In this document: positions 46,370 through 57,300 of the stretch, in pieces
How positions within the stretch are numbered: position 1 is the stretch's first letter
Layout: each line of letters starts with the position of its first letter
DNA from: Pocillopora damicornis
Lineage: Eukaryota
Length of the DNA: 64,000 nt
NCBI RefSeq assembly: GCF_003704095.1
Contig: NW_020847584.1
Coordinates: 1-64,000, forward strand
Direction: 5' to 3'
Notes under the pieces: generated by a model
Database searches by the model: none
Seen by the model: the letters and a program-made list of their open reading frames with translations, nothing else
Told to the model about the DNA's origin: nothing
Position numbers and translations under genes: made by a program

Positions 46370-47360
46370 AGTTTTCCTTGTGCCGGGATCTCTTTCACTC
46401 AACTTTGACTTGAAAGTTAGTGGCCACGCAAACAATTATATCGTGAACAATGTCCTAGGAGCTATTGTTGACTGTGAAATCCGCGGGAGAAATCGTGCAG
46501 GACACTGATGGTTATGATCTACTCAAGCTATATGAGGACCTCTTCTGACTGAGAATGAGAGGGCCAGCATGCTCAGGAAAGGTATTCAGTCTGTTGACCA
46601 TTCGAAGATCAGATGCAGTGCTGGGGATAAGAAGAAATCAGGAGTTGACAAGGAGAATAAGCTCCACGATGTTTATCAGAACAAATATAAAAATTCCATC
46701 GGATCATGAGATTCTGAAGGATCGTGGAGTCTTTTTCCAAAGAGATCTTTTTGGATGAGCTTCTTTTCGAGGTCAAGCTTGCACCCTGCCAGTATTGTTG
46801 TGATAGGATCGATAGGAAGAACTCGCTGATGAGGTCTTTTCTAACTACAAAAATAGAAAGACATTCATGTACGAGCACGTTACTTATGTCAAGACAATCT
46901 CAGTAGATAAGAGATTAGACTCGATCATCAATGAGAGCGTCAATGTTCTAAGGAGGTCAATGAAGGGACTTCTTCTTTTTTACGAGCCATATGTCGCTGG
47001 TGCGAGAGATAGTGAGAAGACATTCAATCCTGACATCACTGAAAGTGAAGGTGATTTGTCAATGGAATCCCAAATAAGGTTTACAGTCAAGGAATAGAGA
47101 CAAGAAATATGTGAGAAGAGGCCCTCAGAGGATTTGGAAAGGGAAACAGCGTGGTGAATGCGACAGACCTTAATGCTGGTGACAGATTCGCTCTATTCAT
47201 CGATCTCAGGAGTATGAGAGACTATTGTCTTCATGAAATTGGATTGAGATTGGACAATACGAAAGAAGGAGTCCAGTTAGCAGTTAACAGGAAGGCATCG
47301 GGCTCAGGAAATGTGAAATGTTACATCTTTATCCTCTCAGATGCACAGCTCAACTCATAA
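46370..47360 (+). pseudogene. Probable Polinton-type major capsid protein (double jelly-roll), fragmented
   Basis: Fragments VPGSLSLNFD, GEIVQDTDGYDLLKLYEDLF, IINESVNVLRRSMKGLLLFYEPY...FNPDIT and RFALFIDLRSMRD...GVQL...CYIFILSDAQLN resemble capsid proteins of invertebrate Polinton-like elements. The location next to pPolB and ATPase fits. The identity is from memory and has not been searched. Confidence 0.65.
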
Positions 47361-47769
47361 GTTGTGTGCATGAAAGCGTGACTTATTAATGAGATAATTA
47401 AAAAGACACTCTTTTTGACAAAAGAACAAATCAAGACAAGCCCTGAAGGGGCCGGGTGCGGAGCGGCACACAACGACTTTTTCATAAGATACAACATTGC
47501 TGCTAATCCTTTTGCATGATTAAATTCTTTCTGATACTGAAGATTGATAAGATAATATGTCATAATTTTGTGGAAAAAATTATGCTACGAGATTGCCATG
47601 TTTGCCTCAGTGGTAGTAGATATATAATGACACGTTCTGGCTCAGTACAAAACTAAGGCTATACATTATTTTGGGCTAAGATCTACTCAGTTTTCTCTAT
47701 CATTTTCAACTCGCATTTGGAAAGAGATATTCTAAAGCACAAGCTATCGCAGAAATAGTGAATAACCTA

Positions 47770-47870
47770 AGGGTGTCTCTGGAACTTGATATGTAGAGAT
47801 TTAAGGTTTTTTATGACTTTTCAAACGCCCTCGATACTGTCAATCACAACATCCTACTGAAGAAAGGGAA
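47770..47870 (+). mobile_element. Tiny LINE RT fragment
   Basis: FYDFSNALDTVNHNILLKK resembles the RT motif DFSKAFDTVNH. Confidence 0.55.
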
Positions 47871-49055
47871 AACATGGAACGGTATGAGGTGGGGTACAAG
47901 CCTCTTGAGCTTTGCACTAATTACCCGACAGGAATCCATGTACTGCCATAGAGACTTCTATGATAAACAAAAGTATTTCTTCCTCCTTTCTTGGATGATA
48001 AATCTCCAGTACAGTATTTTAATCTTCGCTATATTAACATGGGGAGGTGTATAAATATTTAAAGAAAATTCACACTAAACAGAACCTCGCTGTAAAGCTT
48101 ATATTTGTTTGAAGTACCAAACACAGGGTCTACCCTTTCCTTGGCCCTCTGGATGTTCTGATTATAAATTATGTGCATCGAGTTCGTTCCAATAAGAACC
48201 ACACACATTTGGCACAAAAGCTTCCTAAAATATTTAGGAATAACTTATTTCCCGACATCGATTTCCTACACCGAAAATAGATATTAAAAAGATAAAAATG
48301 AAATACCCCGGTGGCTGAAAAGGAAAAATCAAAGGCGACAAAAAAATTTTAGAAATAAACGTCTTGAGAAGCAAGCTACATGTAACTCAAGCAGCTGACT
48401 CAGTTTGCACCGTATATTTTTCACCCATCGCTGTAGAAGAAATCTGGTTGAAAACTTTGATCTTCGCGAAGCTCAGTGGTGCTTGCTTGCCACGCTCTTT
48501 TGACGCTTACACACCATTTCAGAGTCCGCTCGGGATAAAATGTGTCCCCCTTCTATTGTAACCTATTGTAAACAGAGTTACCAGCACGCCACTTCTTTCA
48601 GAATATTTTACGACTGGGAAAGTCTTCTGTTTAGAAAAAAAGACGTACCAAATTCTATCAGGTGGAAGCTTGGCTTAAATAATTATTGCTGGAGTTGTTC
48701 TATCTACACAACGACAATCTCCATTTTACTCTTCTTGAATTTGAAGCTCCCAAAGATCTTAAAAATGCGCTGCATTTCTTTTTCATGCCATGTAGTAATT
48801 TGTCTGATTATTTGGTCGGGATCCAGTTTCCACCATAGACACGTGAACTACGAACTGAAGATTAAATACGAGTCTTTGGAAGCGCGACTCTCGCTTTGTC
48901 TTATTAAACATGAATATAATTTGTTTAGTATTATTGATGTACACGGCTCGCTTTAGTTTCTGGCCAGAAGTCTTGCTTCCATCATGAAGTTGCATCACAA
49001 ACTCCTCCCGGCCGGCGCCACAGCCAGTTACAATCGGTTCTATCAAGATGTATAA

Positions 49056-49445
49056 CTACACTACTGACTCAGTGGAGTCCACCTGTTCCTCACTTGCCAA
49101 AGGATGATGAAAAAAACTTGACTTAGCAAGAAAATTTCCCTCCGAGGTAACTTTCTTAAAGGTTTCTCCCAAAGAGTCTCCACCGTTAGTTTCTTCTCGG
49201 TTACGAAGTTCAAAACATGTCATGATCATTGACCAGGAGGCACAACATATAATTACACACAAAGCGACACCGAAAATGCCAAGTACAATGATCGCAATCA
49301 TTCCACCTCCGCTGAGTTTAGCCATGCCAAAGCCTGCCTCAGTGCCGGCGTTACCGGCAGATTGCCCATTTTCACTCCGTACTCTCTTCGTCTGAGTCAG
49401 AAAACAGATAAGAAGCAACAAAGCTTTGATGTGATATATCCTCAT
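49056..49445 (-). CDS. Small single-pass type I membrane protein (129 aa), family unknown
   Basis: ATG-initiated intronless ORF with a signal-peptide-like N-terminus (MRIYHIKALLLLICFLTQT), a short Gly/Ala-rich ectodomain, a TM helix (LSGGGMIAIIVLGIFGVALCVIICC) with juxtamembrane Cys, and a cytoplasmic tail ending TESVV. Confidence 0.7.
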   Translation of the reverse strand: MRIYHIKALLLLICFLTQTKRVRSENGQSAGNAGTEAGFGMAKLSGGGMIAIIVLGIFGVALCVIICCASWSMIMTCFELRNREETNGGDSLGETFKKVTSEGNFLAKSSFFHHPLASEEQVDSTESVV

Positions 49446-51313
49446 GTTTCAACTACGAGTTCCATGACGCCGTGATGTACTAGGAAAATAGGCCCTTGCA
49501 ATTCCTTCTGATGCGGAGGCCACCGATCTAAACCTTACTATGGAATGTTCGATTTGGCGATTTTTCTTATGTACAGTCAAAATCAGACTGCATAAGATCG
49601 TTCGTCGAGTTTAAATGTTTCATAAGTCAAAACTGTCGGCTTTACGGAAAACTTACTTTGAATGTCGTGTCCCTGATTCCTAAACGTATGGAAATAAGGA
49701 CGACTTAAATTTTTTATTAAAAGAACTCCTCCTTTTGAATTAGAAAGCGGGCCAATATTTTAGGAGATGCTAATGTACCTGCATAAAACAAAATACATTA
49801 GTCTAACTTAAAGAAGTTCAGAGTTTCTTTCGAAATTTCTAGTAGGTTCAATGATAGGACAGACATATAGTTAATGTTCTTGACACAATTAAACAGCAGT
49901 TCAGTTTAATGACCATGTTCGCGCATTGTCTCCTGTAAATGCCCTCGTAGACGTTAACAAACTCAAGCATTATACTAAATGGATCACTTTCATTATTTGT
50001 TACCGTCTCGTCATGCCTAGAGAAGGTCCGTTAAATCTCTCGGGAAAAATCCAAACAATAATGAACACAATGGTCCCGAGTTTCGCGAGAATGACAGGCT
50101 TGGTTTCAAGGCAACAAGAAGTATAAAAACCGGCTTCAAGCCGATGGGAATTTTTTAAACCAATGAATATTCCATCACAACGCATTTACAAGACATATTT
50201 AACTTTTTTTGTCCATTTGTATAATTTCAACATTTTTAAACCCATAAAGTTGTTTTTCACCTCACACCTGCATACACTCGAAACATGACCTCCCTCTTCA
50301 TACTTTTTGGTCTCTTCATCTAATAACTTCGGCATCAGCGGTATAGATAGGAAGGAGAAAGCTGCCTTGAAGTTCTAGCTGCTGGCAAATAGAGCACGAC
50401 ACTTTGATAAAAACCCAATGATCTCAAGGATTTCGGAATATTCCTTCCCAATACAGAAAAAGAAAGAGAAAATTCGCTGCGGCAAATTCACTCCCACTTT
50501 TAAAGTGATAAAGCCCATCTCTTAACCTATACCTATAAAATAGCTTGATACTTTGGTTGGTCAGAGGCTCGAATTTTTAAAGAACATTTGTTTATTTGTT
50601 TTTTTATTATCGTGAAAGAAGGGTTTGTTGTACCTTTGGGCATCGTTTCAGTAATTGAAAAAATCTGTAAGCGGACAAAAAAAATCTTGCCAAAGAGAAG
50701 ATTGATAAAGCAAGTAATTTTTTACTAAAATTGTTATACTCTTTCTTTAGGGGGCGTGAATTTTTGGCTTGTTACCGTGAAGCGCTGGGAAAATTTTTTT
50801 TAGAACGGAGTTTTTTTTCTATCGTTTTTTTTAAACAGAAACTTCTCGATCAATATTCTCTTTCTAACCGAATGTACTTTCAGTAAGTTATTATTAGAGA
50901 AAGTTACGATAATATGATCTTAAAACTTCGCAACCATTGTTATCACTATGTTAATTAACAACATTCTTCTTTATAAAATAATTTATCAAATTACTCTAAT
51001 TGAAGAATAAAATCTCTTACTCAGTTACACAACATAACAACTTCTCCTTGTCTTAACGCAATCAGGAGCATTTGCATAAATCATATGCCCGTAATTTATG
51101 TCTTTTTGAATAGTTGGAAGGGCAACTGCAACAGACATTGATGAGAATGCGAGGCGACAGGAGACTTCTGTAAACGACTGAAATTGTCGGGGAAAGGTGG
51201 TGATAATCAATATTTACTTAAGAGAAAAAGAATAAGCTGGGACATTAGTACATTGTCTTATTGCTCGTTGAAATAGAATATGGTAACATGGTTCTGTTAA
51301 TGTACACTCCTTG

Positions 51314-54300
51314 TTATCTCCACAGTCGGCATGTGTTGTCTTTGCTACCTGTAGAAACCCAACGAGAAGGTGTTGAGAATAAGAATCAAAACTGATCTAT
51401 AACACTGTAACTAATCCATTTAAGCCGGAAATGACGGGATCACTTCCTCCTTTACGTGAATTTCTGTGAAAGTCGGTGAATGGAAATGGAAAAGGAAAAG
51501 GAAACTTAACCCGTGGCAATGTAGACTACTCTCTCTATGATCATTTGCAAATCGTTTTTCGCATTAATTGAAATTGATATTTCAAACACATTGGTTTGAT
51601 AACAAACAAGCTTGTCTAATCTTAGGACAACCTTATACTCCTCTCGGAAACCTATGAACCGATTACTTTTAAAATCTCAATCTTAATGGCACCTTTCTTG
51701 AATAAACTAAGAAGTATGAATGGTGTTTAGCTGCTACAAAATGGTATTGCCCTGTCACCCGACTAATCCAGTGGTGCAGTGTATCAGTAACCGACTGCAC
51801 CACTGTAAGAAAGGATCTAGTATTATAATACACAAGATAAATCATATATCAAATGAATTAAAAGGTGAACTTCATCTATTTCTTCATTCATTTATTTTGC
51901 TTACTTTTTACAGTGTTAAAAAGCTGTGTTCAACATCATCCGCATAGAAAATAGGCTACAGCTTTACACTGGCCTCACTAAACTAAAAAATATGTGTAAG
52001 AGGAGTAAACCCAATAAACACTATAAGATTACTATTACCTGTTACTATTATGTTTCCTTCATAATTAAAAGCACAGCTGAAGATCTCGTCATTATGCCCT
52101 TCAAGAACCTTATGAAGAAAATAAAGTAATTCAATGAAAATTTCGCCGACTAAAAAGTGAAATTGCTTGTGATAAACGTATTGCTGAAAACGAACATTTA
52201 TCATGTTCATGGTGACGTGTGGAACAAGTAGTACCGCCATCACACGTGAGATATAAGGAAGACAATTTCTAACTTAATCACAATTTCTCACAGACAGACT
52301 GAGACAGCCATTAAAACGTTGCAATTCCCACCTCCTCAGTCACTATCTACTTGTCACTAGTAACTATACATTTCTCATGTTTCCATTTTGTACCTGTATA
52401 CATTTCCCTGAAAATGGGTCCCAAAGCCTTCCTGTCTTATCACTACTTGCTGTTAAGCACCTTGTGCCTTGAGGACTAAAAGTTATCTAGACACAACAAA
52501 AATATAAAACCCAACGGCGTTAAAAGTCGTAATGCAGAGAATACAGAAACAAACGGCAGTGACAACATTGGCGGTAATACTAACGACGACAACAACAGAA
52601 ACAACAAAAAGAATAATAACACGTATAATAACAATGATTATAGTAATAAAAATAATGAAACAATGTCATTCGAGTCAAGGATGTGCGGCTCACTCATCAA
52701 CATTTGACGAAAAAATCAAGTAACACTCACATCTGTACGAAATCACAAGAGATCTCTTAGGTCTCATAGGAAAGCCTTTCCTCCTTAAATTTTAAAGGAC
52801 CATAAAATTTATATCGGTGCAAATCTCGACCATCATCTGCTTATGAATGTTTCCCTGTGACTCATAGTAGCGTTATAAAAATAAAAAACTCGTAGTTATA
52901 AATATAAAAATTTCACCGTCACTTGATCAACGTTTTTGAACGTATCCAATCATTCTCTCTTTCAGTCGAAAACGTCCGAAAAAATTTTATACAACTTTTA
53001 GCCTTAATTTTTCGATCTTTTTTGATATGAGGGAGTTATGTCCCGTATTATTACATCGGATGTTGTTTTGAAGCGTAAATTATGCACAAATGCGTCCAAA
53101 CAATACTTTGCTGGCTACAACGCAGATTGTTTGAGCGCAAACGTTACAATACATGAAGCAGCGAACCAGGTTCATTTAGTTGACAGTGTTATCAATTTCT
53201 CCTAAAAAAAATGTCGGTAAGTTGTGCTTAAATCAAGTACCACAAAATAATCACAAAAATATAATCACATCATGATCTCTTAACCTGCCTTACAATAAAA
53301 CCAGTAAAGACTACTACACCTTCGAAATTTCTCCTTTGTGCCCCTCTAGTTTTGAGACACAATGATGAGTAAGGGCATTATACACTCTTCCAGTTCCTGA
53401 ATAACGAGTAATTTGAAATACGAACAAATTAACCAACAACCGGGAACCTAGATTGTTAACATGGAAATGACACTAGATTTACTGTTGCAATGTAAAATAG
53501 ATAGCGCTTTGTTTCTGGACGGCAAGCGGTGTAGTGTAAGCTGTGATAAAAGTGTTTTAGTTATAACAATATGGACATTAACTTATCTCAATCTTACTAA
53601 TATTGACACCAGTGCTATAATAACAATAATAATGTATATGAAAATATTACGTGCATCTGACCGGCCGAAAACGAGAGCATTCATTATGTAAAACGAGTAA
53701 AAAGTTGTAACACGAGTGCAAATTACAATATAGCGCGCGCTGTCAAATTTCGTCTGTTTTGACTTTCTGTGATCCTTTTTTCATGTAAATTATTAATAAT
53801 TACATGATTACTCGTGCAATTTGGTGTTAATAAGCACTTGTAAATTTTTCAAATACTGCAAAGACTGAACTTATTTATTCCCGCACCAATTACAACATTT
53901 CGGGCACAAATCCCGCGCGAGCTGCTCGGAGGAGTTGACGAGCAATCAGAGCGCTTTTTACACTATCCAACTGTTTTAGTTCATAATAATGTTGAATAAT
54001 TCTCGAGACGAGGTCGCGTAGATAAATCAAGACTATTTGCCTATCCTGAGGCGAATAAATGTCTTAGTACGATGTTCTAGTGATCATCACAGCGAAAATG
54101 TAAACTCTGTTTCATTTCTTTACTTCAAACTTGTCATGCATCTAAGAACTCAGACACGGAGTCTAGCGCGTACATCACATGGTCAATATGTACACTGCGT
54201 ATGATTGAAGTAAAATAAGCAATGAAAAGAGTCGTGTTCACGTTCACTTGTAAGACTTGTAATAAAGCTTTAAAAGTGAACAAAAAACCAATTGTGGTCA

Positions 54301-57300
54301 GTTTTATCCAGAAAGTTCAACGCTCCAGCTATGATGATCTCGCGCAGGGTCCTATACCTTACGATACCATGTAGACGTACCATCTGCAGAAGCTGTGGCT
54401 ATGTACTGACCAGTCAAATCAAAGCACACATCTAACACCTCATCATCGTGGCCTCTGCATAACAAACGAAGAAAAAAATTCGCAACGTCAAAACTTTCCA
54501 GATTTCTTGACGGAACAGGTGTCGCAATCTGACGTATTTGTGTCCGCTTTATAGTGGAGACTGGCTAACTCGTACTTTCCGTTAACTCAATCAAAATCTG
54601 ACTTCCTGTGGATTTGAACCTAATTTTTTATTCACTTACCCTTAGCTAACTCGAAATAATTTTACTTTCCCTTAGCTCAAATTTACCCTAATAACTCGAA
54701 CTCTACATAAAAACGTCGGTTAATAAACGTCAAAGTCTCAGAACATAGCTTGTTAACACTTCCCAATCTTTAATCGCGATTTATACGAACGTGATAACAT
54801 TTATGAAAACGTAATTGAATCCTACGGAAATACAATAATCATCTTGTTATTTCTGGTATAGCAGGATAGTGGGGGTAGTCATGTAAGGTATGATAAGTTG
54901 AGATTTTAAAATCTGTACTTATAGCGCAAGATCTCGACTTATGTCATACCATACATGACTCTTTTGGGCCACAGTAATTCGTGTGAAGACTATTCGAGAT
55001 GATCTTGGAGGGAGGTTTTTGAGGAGACATACCCCAATCAGACAAGTCAATCAGGTTCATGGGGGTTTCGCCCCTGCGCAAGCTAGTGCCTCTAAAACCT
55101 TTGTGAGTCCGCTCCCACAATTAGAAATTCGCCCTCCCAATGTTTCAACGCGTCACTTACGGCAGAAGATATTTCTTTTCTACCGAACTCATTATATTTC
55201 AATCGATATGCAATTTCTTTGCGACACCATAACAGGTCATAACGAAGTTAGATCAACATGCACATTCTTAAGCGTGACGCAGTAAGGCTAAGCCCCTTTA
55301 TCACTCCGTTCTTTATTTCACTGGTTTGACCGTAATTTACGCCCATCTTCGCAGTAAATTTCTTAAATTACTTTTGAGAAAAAACTTCCATAAGACAGAC
55401 AAAATTATTCTAAAGTAGAGACCAACGTAGATATTTCGTAGTTCAGTATTACTCGCACTCGATAAAATTATATCGTAATGTCAACATAAAGGAATATGTT
55501 CTGCCGTAAGGAAACGGAAACGAATTTAAAGATTTGGGGCGAACTAGTTAATGTGGGGAACAAACTTGCTTTAATCCAGTGGGAAAACTCGCGAAGTTCC
55601 AATGGGTTCCTCTATCAAGTTGATACTTTACAAATATCACAATAACTTGATAAATATGCTTTTACGATCTTACCTTAAGGTTCCTATACATTGCCCTGTC
55701 CTTGAGTCCCAAAGTTTGCATGTCTTGTCCTATTATAAAACAGAGACCACTGTAACACGTTAAGGGGAATATGAAAAAATCCAAACTAAAAAAACAAAAA
55801 TTTCAAAAGCATATAGATAATGACAACAAGGGGGGAGAAGAGGGTGTTAGAGCTGGTTAAAATACAAATTACCATTGATCCAGTTACTATCAAAGAGTTA
55901 TCAAAGTTGAACTGAGCATTGGAAATTTCTCCTCGATGGCCAATCAGTGTATGTAACCGCCTGAAAGAGAAATAATAGTATCTTGCAGATGATAGACTCA
56001 GCCAGAAATCTCGGTTTAACAACTTCTCTGTCAGCCCCTCACGGACCCTTTAAAAATCTAACCCTGGCAATGAAAGTATAAATGATTATTAATGAGTTAC
56101 TCTATGCAAATTTACATCCTTTGAAATTTTGAGGGATGTCATAGAATTTCACCAAAGATAAGGAATGATGTTTACTAGTTTTAAATAGATGCAATAGTTT
56201 CTGAAATATTCAACAAAAATTTGAAATATATGCATTTTCCAATCTTAACTTGATTGAATTTCTACTGATTCAGTCATATACAAAATACTGATTCAGTCAA
56301 ATACACACACTGAAAAAAACTGAAGAGATGCAAATCTCATCTGAATAGCACTTTAATATAAATACCTGTATTCATTTATGGTGACATTAACCATAATAAT
56401 AATTGATCTGTTTACCAGGGAACTGGGCAAAAATGATCTGATGGGTTATTTCAGGTAGTAACCTCAACATGATAGTAGCACAGAGCAGGATATTACAAGC
56501 CATGGATATGATTAAAATTAAGAGGTAAGCTAAGAAGACAGTTGCTCAGGAAGCAAACATCAAAACTTAAGGCTCAAGTCACTCAAATGACTCTGGTTGC
56601 CTCATAAATTGATGTAGTGCTATCTAAAAACTGTAGGTAAATTGGTAGTCCTTCACAAAAAGTAACTCGGAGAGTAAAAATCAACTAAACTGCCACAAAT
56701 TAAAAACACATTTTCATTTAGTCAGAGAGATTTCATTGCAATTTATGGTTTTTTATGATCTATCAGTGGTACATATGTAATAAAAAGACATGCCTACAGA
56801 ACAAACCTTCCAGTTGCTGTATCCCAAACACTCACAGTGTGATCAAATGAGCCTGTGAGCAGTTGATCTCCTGTTGTGTTAAATGAACAGGAAATAATTT
56901 CTGCTGAATGACCCTGGGGATAAACAAATAAATTCATTATAAAGGTACTACTAAAAAAAGGAGCTTTGTTAACTTTTAATCCTACATTTACATTCAAAGC
57001 CAAGAATACCTGGTAGTGTAAGTGAGCAAAACAACAGTTTAGTGCCAAAAACCATGCACATCCTATAAACTGATATATCATACTATGTGCCCTACACTTG
57101 ACTATTTGAGATAATTATTGCTTTTCATATGGAAATATAAAGTGTACTCACAGACAATGTGGATATCTCTGCTCCTTTTTGTACATCCCACAACTTGGCT
57201 GTTGTATCCATACTTCCAGTGGCCACAACTGTACTTTGTGGATTAAATGCCACACACACCTAACAAAATAACACCATGCAAGACTTGTACTTTTCTTTGA

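Larger units (their letters stand above)
41940..47480. mobile_element. Decayed endogenous Polinton/Maverick-like (adintovirus-like) viral element
   Basis: Clustered frameshifted ORFs for a packaging ATPase and protein-primed PolB on -, and a probable major capsid protein on +. There are no introns. No integrase or terminal inverted repeats were recognised, so boundaries are approximate. Confidence 0.85.

Noticed and set aside
42662-47456. 19-bp inverted match (ccggccccttcggggcttg / caagccctgaaggggccgg) as Polinton terminal inverted repeats
   Set aside because: It is too short, element-like ORFs continue to the left of 42662, and both ends are members of the dispersed hairpin family.
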